Positions 40,782 through 50,043 of a stretch of DNA of 64,000 bases are shown here, one piece after another. Numbering within the stretch: position 1 is the first letter of the stretch; each line of letters begins with the position of its first letter. This DNA comes from Bdellovibrio sp. (GTDB taxonomy: Bacteria > Bdellovibrionota > Bdellovibrionia > Bdellovibrionales > Bdellovibrionaceae). Both the position numbers and the translations under genes were made by a program. The notes below the pieces were generated by a model that worked only from the letters and a program-made list of their open reading frames with translations, did not search any database and was not told the origin of the DNA. The stretch spans positions 1 through 64,000 of the forward strand of contig JAKFCY010000002.1 of NCBI GenBank assembly GCA_036676395.1, given 5' to 3'.

Positions 40782-41966
40782 TTGCGCTTTAGGTTTTTTC
40801 ACGACGATAATTAAACCAATTAAAGACGATATACACATGACCGCAGCGGTAGGAAGACTGCCGCTGACATTCAGCATGCCTACGCCAGCACTGGCCACAG
40901 AGCCAACCCCTAATTGTAAAAATCCTAACAGCGCTGAAGCTGCACCCGCATTTTTTTCAAACGGCGCCAGAGCTAAAGCTACGGCATTTGGATAAGTAAG
41001 CCCTGCACAAGTTAAAAGTAAAAATAAAATGATTACGGTGGGAATAAGGGTAAACCAGTTATTAAGTACGCCTGTAAAAAAAATTACACCCATGATCACT
41101 TGAAAAAATAAAGCTGTCTTAAAGATCTGAGGGCTTGTGAATTTTTTTGTTAATAATAAATTAATTTGGCCGCCGCCGATCATACCAACAGCAAGAATAG
41201 CAAAAATTATCCCGTACACTTGTGCGCTGACTTTAAAGCCTTCCATAAACATAGCCGGAGACCCGGCGATATAAACGAACAGACCTGCAAATGAAAAAGA
41301 TCCTGCAAATGTGTATATAGAAAATTGCGGAACTTTTAAAATTTCTTTAAATCCGCGCAGAATAGATTTAAAATTTAATGACCTTGTCGCATAATCAGGA
41401 ACAAATTTTTCTGGTAAGACAAAGTACGCTAACGCCAGATTCATAATACCAAGCCCGACTAGTGTGCCAAAAATCACGCGCCAACCCCAAGCGGTCACAA
41501 CAAAGCCACCCACTGTCGGAGCCAGCAGCGGAGAAACACTTAACACCAGCATTAATAGTGAAAATACTTTGGCACTATCTTCGACAGGAAAAAAGTCACG
41601 CACCATAGACATCGCACCGACCGAGGCCACACAACCACCCATAGCTTGGATAAAACGAAGCACTAAAAATACTTCAATCGATTGGGTGTACATGATTCCG
41701 ATTGTCGATAAAATATAAATAATTAAACCTGCATAAAGCGGTTTTTTGCGGCCGAAGTAATCCAACATCGGCCCATAAATAATCTGACCTAGAGCAAAAC
41801 CAATAAAGTATGTAGAAATTGAAAATGAAACTTTAGCAGTAGTGGTTTGTAGATCGCTGGCAATTTGGGTAAATGCTGGTAAATACATATCAATCGAAAA
41901 TGGAGTTAAAGCTTCAAGAGAGCCTAAAATCAGGATTAACAGGGCATTTTGTTTTTTCGTGCGCAT
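40773..41966 (-). CDS. Bcr/CflA family MFS multidrug efflux transporter
   Basis: PFSIDMYLPAF, DYFGRK, 12 TM. Confidence 0.92.
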   Translation of the reverse strand: MRTKKQNALLILILGSLEALTPFSIDMYLPAFTQIASDLQTTTAKVSFSISTYFIGFALGQIIYGPMLDYFGRKKPLYAGLIIYILSTIGIMYTQSIEVFLVLRFIQAMGGCVASVGAMSMVRDFFPVEDSAKVFSLLMLVLSVSPLLAPTVGGFVVTAWGWRVIFGTLVGLGIMNLALAYFVLPEKFVPDYATRSLNFKSILRGFKEILKVPQFSIYTFAGSFSFAGLFVYIAGSPAMFMEGFKVSAQVYGIIFAILAVGMIGGGQINLLLTKKFTSPQIFKTALFFQVIMGVIFFTGVLNNWFTLIPTVIILFLLLTCAGLTYPNAVALALAPFEKNAGAASALLGFLQLGVGSVASAGVGMLNVSGSLPTAAVMCISSLIGLIIVVKKPKAQLS

Positions 41967-41994
41967 CCACGCAGACTAATGTAATTTAAACCGT

Positions 41995-42627
41995 ATGTCG
42001 ACAAACTGGGAAAATATATTTGAAAACAAAATTTCGATTGTAGCTACAAGTGATGACCCCGCTCATTATTTAAATCATTTTAAACGGGTTGTAACCATGG
42101 CAAAAAAATTATGCTTACTTGAAAATGCCAACGCTGATGTCGTTATCCCGGCCGCCTGGTTGCATGACTTAGTCATTGTACCCAAAAATTCACCCCTGCG
42201 CAGTCAGGCCTCTAAAATGTCAGCTGAAAAAGCGATCGAATTTTTACGCGAAATAAATTATCCCGAACAATTTCACGACGCTATCGCGCACGCGATCGAA
42301 GGGCATAGCTTTAGTGCTAATATTGAAGTTAAAACCATCGAAGCTAAAATTGTGCAAGATGCAGATCGTTTAGATGGATTAGGCGCTATTGGTATTGCCC
42401 GCTGTTTTGCGACTGCGGGTTTAATGAAAAGATCTTTTTACCAAGCTGAAGATCCTTTTTGTGAAAACCGAAATCCTGATGATCAAAATTATACGATTGA
42501 TCATTTTTATCAAAAACTATTTAAAACCGCAGACACTTTAAAAACTCAATCCGGAAAAATCGAAGCAGCAGCGCGTATTCAGTTTATGCAGCAGTATTTA
42601 AATATTTTAAGATCAGAAATTCTTTAG
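41995..42627 (+). CDS. HD-domain phosphohydrolase (YedJ-like)
   Basis: DPAH..H..RV, AAWLHD, HSFS, VQDADRLD. Confidence 0.9.
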   Translation: MSTNWENIFENKISIVATSDDPAHYLNHFKRVVTMAKKLCLLENANADVVIPAAWLHDLVIVPKNSPLRSQASKMSAEKAIEFLREINYPEQFHDAIAHAIEGHSFSANIEVKTIEAKIVQDADRLDGLGAIGIARCFATAGLMKRSFYQAEDPFCENRNPDDQNYTIDHFYQKLFKTADTLKTQSGKIEAAARIQFMQQYLNILRSEIL

Positions 42628-42676
42628 CTCTATTTTTGCAAAGCCTTTCAAGAATCAAATTATTGAAAGGATATTT

Positions 42677-43432
42677 ATGCAAATCGGGGTAAATTGGAAA
42701 AATCTATTGGGCATTCTGGTGTTTGTTGCATCCCAACACGCCATGGCCAGTTACAAAGTCATTACAGATCGTAAACCCTTAGGCAAAGGCTGGGCTTATT
42801 CTTGGGCCGAGTTTTCTAAGCGAAAAAAGCCGCTAGCCTTGGGTTTATCAATTACCGGCAGTGCGATAAAAACGGCTCCTGATGAAATGCTGATGCTTCA
42901 TTTAAAACCAAAGAAAAAACATTACATTCCGCCATTTAAACATTTTACCGTCGACTGGAATCCGCACGGGCATGAACCTATGGGAATTTATACGGTTCCG
43001 CATTATGATTTTCACTTTTTTACGATTCCGCAAGAAGTGGTTCATAACATCACCTGCCAGGGTGCAGACGCGCTAAACTGTATGCAAGCCGTTGCGGCTC
43101 CGCTATTACCGGCAAATTATGTTCCGACGCCTGAGGGTGTGCCGATGATGGGATGGCATTGGGTCGATGTCACTTCGCCAGAATTTAATAACCAACCTTT
43201 TTCAGCAACATTTATTTATGGCTATTACAAAGGTAAAACGGCATTTTTAGAACCGATGGTTGCACTTGATTATTTACAAACTAAGCCAAATTCAATATAT
43301 CCTGTAAAACAGCAACCTGCGGTTTCTGAAGATGGTTATTATCCGCAAAATTACACTGTTAGCTATAATGCAGTGAAAGATGTGTATGATGTGGCTTTTG
43401 TGAATTTAAAGTACCGCACTACAGGCAGATAG
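42677..43432 (+). CDS. DUF5602-like secreted His-rich protein
   Basis: Signal peptide; DWNPHGHEP..Y.VPHYDFHF, VPMMGWHW, FLEPMV. Confidence 0.7.
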   Translation: MQIGVNWKNLLGILVFVASQHAMASYKVITDRKPLGKGWAYSWAEFSKRKKPLALGLSITGSAIKTAPDEMLMLHLKPKKKHYIPPFKHFTVDWNPHGHEPMGIYTVPHYDFHFFTIPQEVVHNITCQGADALNCMQAVAAPLLPANYVPTPEGVPMMGWHWVDVTSPEFNNQPFSATFIYGYYKGKTAFLEPMVALDYLQTKPNSIYPVKQQPAVSEDGYYPQNYTVSYNAVKDVYDVAFVNLKYRTTGR

Positions 43433-43447
43433 GTATACAATGCTGAA

Positions 43448-43834
43448 ATGTCAGTTGAATCTACTCATCTTAAAAATAAATTAGCTTTTGAAGTTAAAAC
43501 TCGTGAATTTATGGTCAATTCTGATGTGAATGCGCAATTAGGCGGAGATAATTCTGCGCCTGATCCGCATCAATATATGGAAGTGGCTTTGGCCAGTTGC
43601 ACGGCAATTACAGTGATGATGTATGCCAAAAGAAAAGCGATTCCATTAGAAGATATCAATGTCACAATCCATATCACTGCTGAAGGTGAAACCAATGCTA
43701 TTTCACGCGGTATTAAATTAATCGGCAATCTAACTTCTGAACAAAAAGAAAGCCTTCTGGCGATCGCTGAAAAGTGCCCGATCCATAAGTTTCTTTCTCG
43801 CGGGGCAAAGATCGCTTCAACTCTGAAAGATTAA
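43448..43834 (+). CDS. OsmC family protein
   Basis: GGDNSAPDP..LASCTAIT..AEKCPIH. Confidence 0.9.
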   Translation: MSVESTHLKNKLAFEVKTREFMVNSDVNAQLGGDNSAPDPHQYMEVALASCTAITVMMYAKRKAIPLEDINVTIHITAEGETNAISRGIKLIGNLTSEQKESLLAIAEKCPIHKFLSRGAKIASTLKD

Positions 43835-43837
43835 TAT

Positions 43838-44725
43838 ATGCTTAAACATGATATTTTAATCAGCGGTAAGAAAAAAGATTTAGGCGGCTTTATGGTCAGC
43901 CGTACTTTGCCAAATATTAAACGTCGCCATGTGGGGCCCTTTGTTTTTTTAGATCATATGGGGCCATTGCAGGTTGATCACGAACATTTAATGAGTGTTC
44001 GCCCGCACCCGCACATCGGTTTATCGACGGTGACTTATTTATTTTCTGGACGGGGATTACACCGTGATAGTTTAGGATCAAAACAAGTTATTTCTCCCGG
44101 TGATCTGAATTGGATGACCGCAGGCCGGGGCATCGTACATTCAGAGCGCACACCGGTTGAAGATTTATCAGCGCATCCGAAACCAACACTGCATGGAATT
44201 CAGATCTGGGTAGCGCTGCCAACAGATCAAGAAGAATGCGAACCCAATTTTACCCATTACGAAAAAGAAACTTTACCAAAATTTACTTTAGCAGAAAATT
44301 TAACCGGTAAACTGCTTATTGGAAGCCATGGCGGTACGACTTCGCCAGTAAAAACGTATTCACCGACATTTTTTGCCGATATCACTGTGGAAAATTCTGT
44401 GAATAACATGATTTCAATTTCAGAAGAAGAACTAGGTGTATTTTTATTAGAAGGTGCAGCCACGATTAACGATCAGGAATTAACAACGGATGATTTATTG
44501 TTAGTGGCAAAACCTGAGCAAATTAAAATTAAAGCAAGCTCTGGTACAAGATTGATTTTTATTGGTGGTTCAACGTTTCCCGAACCCAGATATATTTGGT
44601 GGAACTTTGTTTCGTCTCGTCGTGAAAGAATCCGCGAAGCCGCCGGGCAGTGGGAAAAACAACTTTTCGGCACGGTGAGTGATGAGAATGATTTTATTCC
44701 ACTGCCAACTGATCCATTACCTTAA
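43838..44725 (+). CDS. Pirin family protein
   Basis: GPFVFLDHMGP, HPHIGL, HRDSLG, WMTAGRGIVHSE. Confidence 0.93.
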   Translation: MLKHDILISGKKKDLGGFMVSRTLPNIKRRHVGPFVFLDHMGPLQVDHEHLMSVRPHPHIGLSTVTYLFSGRGLHRDSLGSKQVISPGDLNWMTAGRGIVHSERTPVEDLSAHPKPTLHGIQIWVALPTDQEECEPNFTHYEKETLPKFTLAENLTGKLLIGSHGGTTSPVKTYSPTFFADITVENSVNNMISISEEELGVFLLEGAATINDQELTTDDLLLVAKPEQIKIKASSGTRLIFIGGSTFPEPRYIWWNFVSSRRERIREAAGQWEKQLFGTVSDENDFIPLPTDPLP

Positions 44726-45576
44726 AGGCGGCCCATTTTACCGCTTTCATAATCTTCGAACGCCTGGCGAATCTCGGCTTGGCTATTCATAACAAACGGG
44801 CCGTAGCCAACGATAGGTTCATTTAAGGGTTCACCACCTAAGAATAATAGTTTTGTGTCTTCTAAGGCGTCGATCTTAAATGTCTGGCCAGCATTTTCCA
44901 TTAAAGCAATTTCTGCATCGCCGATGGTTTTGTCATCGTTAAGTTTAATGCCTCCGCTTAAAACAAAAACTGAAGCTGTATGACCTTCGGGCACAGTAAA
45001 AATATTTTCACTGCCTTTACCTAAGCGAATATCCCATAGATTTATATCTGAATGAGTTTTCGCCGGGCCAGTGGCTGCTAAATAATGACCTGCAATCACG
45101 CGAAGTTTACCCCCCTGAAGTAACACTTCAGGAATTTCTTCGTTACGAAGACCCTGATAACGTGGTTTATTCATTTTATCTTTTTTCGGTAGATTCACCC
45201 AAAGCTGAACCATTTCAAAAAGACCACCATTTTTAGCAAAGTCGACTCCATGTTTTTCTTCATGCACTAAACCTGAAGCGGCTGTCATCCATTGCACATC
45301 GCCAGATTTAATGACGCCGCCACCACCAGCAGAGTCACGATGTTCGACTTCGCCTGAATAGACAATCGTTACAGTTTCAAAACCACGATGTGGATGTTCG
45401 CCCACGCCACGGCGATGTTCTGAAGGAGTAAATTCAGCAGGGCCCGCATAGTCCATTAATAAAAAAGGTGATAAATGCTGGCCTAAATCAGTGTAAGAAA
45501 AAATCGTGCGTACCGGAAAGCCGTCTCCGACCCAGTGTGGAGTGTCGCTTCGTTGTGTGTGTAATATTTTTTTCAT
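44722..45576 (-). CDS. Pirin family protein (second subfamily)
   Basis: HWVGDGFPV, HPHRGFETVT, WMTAASGLVHEE, GPFVMN; ATG 45576 after GGGAG. Confidence 0.93.
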   Translation of the reverse strand: MKKILHTQRSDTPHWVGDGFPVRTIFSYTDLGQHLSPFLLMDYAGPAEFTPSEHRRGVGEHPHRGFETVTIVYSGEVEHRDSAGGGGVIKSGDVQWMTAASGLVHEEKHGVDFAKNGGLFEMVQLWVNLPKKDKMNKPRYQGLRNEEIPEVLLQGGKLRVIAGHYLAATGPAKTHSDINLWDIRLGKGSENIFTVPEGHTASVFVLSGGIKLNDDKTIGDAEIALMENAGQTFKIDALEDTKLLFLGGEPLNEPIVGYGPFVMNSQAEIRQAFEDYESGKMGRL

Positions 45577-45642
45577 AATTACTCCCATGTCTTTGAATAT
45601 ATATTACGGCTATTGGAGGTCTTTGACTAGTCGGTACAATCT

Positions 45643-45676
45643 AATTTCATTGTTCTGTATATTGAACAATGAAATT
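45643..45676. promoter_or_regulatory. Palindromic operator, LysR-type
   Basis: AATTTCATTGTTC-N8-GAACAATGAAATT 13-bp perfect inverted repeat upstream of pirin. Confidence 0.65.
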
Positions 45677-45681
45677 TGGAT

Positions 45682-45717
45682 AAAAAGAAAGGATAGACTG
45701 TAACTTCTATCCTTTCT
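45682..45717 (-). terminator. Intrinsic terminator of OmpA-family gene
   Basis: AGAAAGGATAGA / TCTATCCTTTCT stem, T-run on the minus strand. Confidence 0.7.
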
Positions 45718-45751
45718 AACTAAAATATTTGCCGCCTGTCGTTTGCAAAAA

Positions 45752-46861
45752 TTATCTGCGGATCACTTCGATATCGATACGGCGGTTTTCGCTACGGCCG
45801 CTTTCGCTGCCATTGTCACCCACGGGTTGCACCGAGCCCATGCCGGCAGCTTCGATACGATCAGCAGCAATCCCTTGAGTAATCAAAGACTGGCGTAAGG
45901 CTTCAGCGCGATCCATAGAAAGTTGTTGGTTCGCACTTTCGACGCCAATATTATCAGTGTGACCGACAATACGAATGCGTGCTGTTGTATATTGATTTAA
46001 TAGTGCAGCTAAAGCCGTGCTTGTGGCCGTAGCTTCAGTGCTCAGCACTGCTGATCCTGTCGGAAAGTTTAATTCTCGTAAAGAAAACGCGCGTGGTGCG
46101 ACGGCGCCAGGATTAGCTAAAAATTGGGCGAGCTCATTCATTACAGTTTGATCAGTTGCTGCATAAGCTGTGGTACCGGTGGCAGCCGGAATGGATTCTG
46201 TATTAACTTGCGGGCTGGTGATGACAGGAGTTGTTTTTCTCCCCTGGCTCCACCAGATGATTCCAAGAACTACGGCTAATAAAATCCAGGGCCATACTTT
46301 TCTTGAAACACTCGGCTGTACTCCGGCTAATGGAACCGTGTTGGTTGCGAATTTTTGTGCCGATGCAGATAAGTCTGGCGTAAACCCACTTCCTTGCCCG
46401 AGCACATTGGCAAAAGCAGCAGGAGCTAAGGTTCCGCCTTTCATTTTTGATCCGATAAAAGTAAACACAGCCGCAGAAGCTGCACCTAATAATTTTGATC
46501 CCTGTGAAGTGTTCACGCCGGCTGCAGTTGTTACTTTTCCAAGTAAAGAATCTGTTTGGCCGCCCAGCACTTTTTGTAATAAATCTTGGCCTTTGTTAAT
46601 TTGTGAGGTGATGTTTGAAGTGTCACTCGTTACGCTTGCAGGCTGATCAAATCCACTTTCATGAATGGCGCTGGCTACAGTTTGAATACCATCAGGGCTG
46701 CGAATTTTTTTTTGCAGCTCTGTAAAAACTGCTGGAATGGCGGTTAGCATAGTTGATTTAGTTTTTTCGACAGGAATTCCTAAAGTTTCGCTGATTTTAT
46801 TAAAAAACCCAGTAGGTAAAACATTGGTAAATGAGTTTAAAGCATCGGCTGTAAGTTCCAT
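45752..46861 (-). CDS. OmpA family protein with N-terminal DUF937-like domain and central TM
   Basis: ATG 46861 after AGGAG; TM WPWILLAVVLGIIWW; LNFPTGSA..GHTD..LSMDRA..NRRIDI. Confidence 0.88.
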   Translation of the reverse strand: MELTADALNSFTNVLPTGFFNKISETLGIPVEKTKSTMLTAIPAVFTELQKKIRSPDGIQTVASAIHESGFDQPASVTSDTSNITSQINKGQDLLQKVLGGQTDSLLGKVTTAAGVNTSQGSKLLGAASAAVFTFIGSKMKGGTLAPAAFANVLGQGSGFTPDLSASAQKFATNTVPLAGVQPSVSRKVWPWILLAVVLGIIWWSQGRKTTPVITSPQVNTESIPAATGTTAYAATDQTVMNELAQFLANPGAVAPRAFSLRELNFPTGSAVLSTEATATSTALAALLNQYTTARIRIVGHTDNIGVESANQQLSMDRAEALRQSLITQGIAADRIEAAGMGSVQPVGDNGSESGRSENRRIDIEVIRR

Positions 46862-46919
46862 AAAATACTCCTTTATTTTGAGGTAAAATGACTTCCATGT
46901 GCACTCGGTTATATTAATA

Positions 46920-46935
46920 AGCAAAGCTAGTGCCG
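46920..46935 (-). promoter_or_regulatory. Candidate sigma54 promoter of OmpA-family gene
   Basis: Minus strand CGGCACTAGCTTTGCT. Confidence 0.65.
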
Positions 46936-46988
46936 CGGGTGCAAAAATAGGCTTTCCTTTACGGGGCAAACTGGGGTATGAATGGCGT

Positions 46989-47639
46989 ATGGGAAAAATT
47001 GAAATTCTCAGATTGATGGCCGGCTTTAAAAAGTTTCGCGAAAAATATTTCGCCGGCGAACACCCACTGTATGGAAGACTTTCTAACAGCACTGGCGTGG
47101 GGCAAACACCAAAAACCTTAATCATTGGTTGCAGCGATTCACGTGTTGACCCGGCAATTATCACTTCAGCATCACCGGGTGAGTTATTTATCGTGCGCAA
47201 TGTGGCTAATCTTGTGCCACCGTACGAAAAAGGCGGCGGCTTTCACGGGGTGAGTGCCGCGATCGAATTCGCTGTGGTGAATTTAAAAGTAGAAAATATA
47301 ATCGTGCTTGGGCATCGCCAATGCGGTGGTATCAGAGCTTTAATGTTAAATCAAAATTCTGAACAAACCAGTTTCGTTGATCGTTGGGTTAACATTGCTC
47401 AAGACGCTAAAGAACGTGTGCTTGCGGCTCATGCGGGCGAAGATGACGACAGTCTTTGTCGTCATGGTGAATTAGAATCTATTGTAACATCATTAAATAA
47501 TCTAAGAACATTTCCGTTTGTTAAATCCGCGATTGAAGAGCGCGGTCTAGCGTTAATGGGAATCTACTTCGATCTTGAGTTAGGCCACTTGCTTGAATTC
47601 GACGACGAAGCTCGTAACTTTCGTTCGATTGAAATGTAA
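46989..47639 (+). CDS. Beta-class carbonic anhydrase
   Basis: CSDSRV, RNVAN, GHRQCGG. Confidence 0.95.
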   Translation: MGKIEILRLMAGFKKFREKYFAGEHPLYGRLSNSTGVGQTPKTLIIGCSDSRVDPAIITSASPGELFIVRNVANLVPPYEKGGGFHGVSAAIEFAVVNLKVENIIVLGHRQCGGIRALMLNQNSEQTSFVDRWVNIAQDAKERVLAAHAGEDDDSLCRHGELESIVTSLNNLRTFPFVKSAIEERGLALMGIYFDLELGHLLEFDDEARNFRSIEM

Positions 47640-47653
47640 TTTTAAATACACAT

Positions 47654-48178
47654 TTAGTGTGGAGCATGGTGTTCATCACTTTGTTTTTGCGTCAGGCGCT
47701 GGCGTTCGTATCTTCCGGTAATTTGAGCGGTTTTCAGAATATGGTTTTTCATGGTTTCATGAATTGTTTTAATATCTGCGCGCGCTGGTCCTAAGTTTTC
47801 AATATCTAATGCAAACAAGGTAAAAATATAACGATGGGCTAAATCTCCCGGAGGAGGCTTAGGGCCGTCATAACCCGTGCTGCCAAATGAATTTATGCCT
47901 TGATCAATGCGGAGTGGATCATGCAGTTCTTCTTTTTTTTCTAAGCCTTCATGCAGTGCCGAAATTGAGGGTGAAATATTATAAACAACCCAATGTGTGA
48001 AAGTGGGATCTTGCGGCGAATTTTTGGGTGCGTCGATATCTTCACACATTAACACTAAACTTTTACAGCCACTGGGGATATCTGACCATTCTAACGCAGG
48101 CGATAGATTGTCGCCATCAGCAGTGAATTGTTGTGGTATTTTGCCATAGTCGTCGAATGATGAACTGTTCAAATGCAT
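47654..48178 (-). CDS. YbhB/YbcL (PEBP/Raf kinase inhibitor-like) protein
   Basis: SPALEW, DIDAP, FTHWVVYNI, GYDGPKPP..HRY.F. Confidence 0.92.
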   Translation of the reverse strand: MHLNSSSFDDYGKIPQQFTADGDNLSPALEWSDIPSGCKSLVLMCEDIDAPKNSPQDPTFTHWVVYNISPSISALHEGLEKKEELHDPLRIDQGINSFGSTGYDGPKPPPGDLAHRYIFTLFALDIENLGPARADIKTIHETMKNHILKTAQITGRYERQRLTQKQSDEHHAPH

Positions 48179-48234
48179 AAGAAGCTCCTTCTAAATTTTA
48201 AATTTGAGTTTCAATTGATATTATTGAAAGTATT

Positions 48235-48250
48235 TGCAAAGCTTAAGCCA
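48235..48250 (-). promoter_or_regulatory. Candidate sigma54 promoter of YbhB/YbcL gene
   Basis: Minus strand TGGCTTAAGCTTTGCA. Confidence 0.55.
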
Positions 48251-48266
48251 TTAGAAGGAGTGTGTT

Positions 48267-48626
48267 ATGGCGAAATATGTCGATGGATTTGTAATACCAA
48301 TCGCAAAAAATAAAGTGGCCGCTTACCGAAAAATTGCAGCCAAGGCCGGAAAACTATGGATGAAGTATGGGGCTTTAGAATACTTTGAAACAGTCGGTGA
48401 AGATTTAAAAATGCCTTTTGGTATGCCATTTACTAAAATGGCCAAGCTTAAAAAGAATGAGACTGTTATTTTTTCTTGGATTGTTTATAAAAACAAAGCT
48501 CATCGCAATAAAGTGAACAAACTGATTATGCAAGATCCTTGGATGCAAACGATGGATCCAAATACGATGCCCTTTGATCATAAGAAAATGGCCGTGGGTG
48601 GTTTTAAAGTGCTTGTCGAAGAGTAG
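48267..48626 (+). CDS. DUF1428 (YbaA) family protein
   Basis: YVDGFVIPI..YGALEY.E..ETVIFSWI..MPFD.KKM..GGF. Confidence 0.9.
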   Translation: MAKYVDGFVIPIAKNKVAAYRKIAAKAGKLWMKYGALEYFETVGEDLKMPFGMPFTKMAKLKKNETVIFSWIVYKNKAHRNKVNKLIMQDPWMQTMDPNTMPFDHKKMAVGGFKVLVEE

Positions 48627-48665
48627 ATTTACTTAATATGATATCTTAACAAGGGGATATCATCT

Positions 48666-49091
48666 ATGAATCAAAAAATTAAATGTTTTATGCAACCTTA
48701 CGTTTTACCGAAGTGTGCATCGACTGGGCTTCTAATTGTTCGTTTAGTTGTGGGTATTGCAATGATTATGCACGGCTGGGGAAAAATCCAATCGCCATTT
48801 TCATGGATGGGCGCTGATGCGCCAGTTCCGGGTGTTTTACAATTATTAGCTGCGATTTCAGAATTTGGCGGCGGCATTGCGCTTGTTCTTGGATTATTAA
48901 CATCATTAGCGATGGTTGGAATGGCGATCACAATGGCGGTTGCTGTTTACACGCATGCGGTTGTTAAAGGCGATCCGTTCGTGGGTGGCTATGAATTAGC
49001 TGCAGTTTATATGGTGATTGCGTTGATGTTCATCGCAGTTGGCCCAGGTAAATATTCTGTAGATCATAAAATTTTCGGTGATAAGGCATAA
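48666..49091 (+). CDS. DoxX family membrane protein
   Basis: LIVRLVVG..HGWGK..EFGGG..GPGKYSVD. Confidence 0.9.
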   Translation: MNQKIKCFMQPYVLPKCASTGLLIVRLVVGIAMIMHGWGKIQSPFSWMGADAPVPGVLQLLAAISEFGGGIALVLGLLTSLAMVGMAITMAVAVYTHAVVKGDPFVGGYELAAVYMVIALMFIAVGPGKYSVDHKIFGDKA

Positions 49092-49096
49092 TAATT

Positions 49097-49462
49097 ATGG
49101 CAAAAGCTGCAAAATATATCGATATCTGTATTCAACCGATTCCTAAGAAAAATTTAGCTGAATACACTAAAACGACTAAATTAATCGGCCAGATTTTAGT
49201 GAAACATGGAGCTCTTGCGAGCCGTGATTATGTTGGCGAAGATAAAAACGCAACTTCAATTTCTGCACCATTTGGTAAAAGCGTGAAATTGAAAAAAAAT
49301 GAAGTCGTTATTTACGCCGTTGCTGAATTTAAATCAAAAAAACACCGTGAACAGGTTTTTGCTAAAATGATGAAAGATCCAAAGATGAAAGAGATTTCAT
49401 TTATGATGGATGAAGACCGCATGGTCATGGGCGGTTTTGAACTTTTAGTGGCCGTCGACTAG
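49097..49462 (+). CDS. DUF1428 family protein, divergent paralog
   Basis: YID..PIPKKN..HGAL..KLKKNE..HR..MMKDP..MVMGGF, parallel to 48267-48626. Confidence 0.75.
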   Translation: MAKAAKYIDICIQPIPKKNLAEYTKTTKLIGQILVKHGALASRDYVGEDKNATSISAPFGKSVKLKKNEVVIYAVAEFKSKKHREQVFAKMMKDPKMKEISFMMDEDRMVMGGFELLVAVD

Positions 49463-49470
49463 TTTTGCCG

Positions 49471-50040
49471 ATGCACAAAGGTCGTCTTGAAGCGTTTAGT
49501 GATGGTGTAATTGCCATCATTATTACGATCATGGTTTTAGAATTTAAAGTTCCGCATGAAACTGACTTATCTGCCTTATTAGGTCTGTGGCATATTTTTT
49601 TAAGTTACACTCTGAGTTTTATTTACGTCGGAATTTACTGGAACAATCACCACCATTTATTTCAGGCGACGAATAAAATTCATGGTGGGATTTTGTGGGC
49701 GAACTTACATTTATTATTTTGGTTGTCATTGATTCCGTTTTCTACGGCTTGGCTGGGTGAAAATAAATTTGCCGATGGACCAGTTGCAGTTTATGGCGTC
49801 GTTTTATTAATGGCTGCTGTGGCCTACACGGTTTTACAGAGTCTGTTAGTTAAACATCATGGTAACGATTCAACTTTAGCAAAAGCGATTGGTACTGATA
49901 ATAAAGGTAAAATTTCTGTAGCGTGCTATGTAGCGGGTATTTTATTATCGCATATTATGCCGTGGGCATCATGCGCTCTGTATGTGTTTGTCGCGATGTT
50001 GTGGCTTGTTCCAGATCGTCGTATCGAACAAGCCATATAA
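49471..50040 (+). CDS. TMEM175 family potassium channel
   Basis: RLEAFSDGVIAIIITIMVLE, YWNNHH. Confidence 0.92.
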   Translation: MHKGRLEAFSDGVIAIIITIMVLEFKVPHETDLSALLGLWHIFLSYTLSFIYVGIYWNNHHHLFQATNKIHGGILWANLHLLFWLSLIPFSTAWLGENKFADGPVAVYGVVLLMAAVAYTVLQSLLVKHHGNDSTLAKAIGTDNKGKISVACYVAGILLSHIMPWASCALYVFVAMLWLVPDRRIEQAI

Positions 50041-50043
50041 TTA

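Noticed and set aside
46862..47200. 113-aa N-terminal extension of the OmpA-family ORF in the track
   Set aside because: Antisense to the carbonic anhydrase gene; ATG 46861 has an AGGAG SD and a promoter-like motif upstream
48186..48260. 10-bp inverted repeat CTCCTTCTAA / TTAGAAGGAG
   Set aside because: Explained by the two SD sequences of divergent genes; not a MITE or terminator
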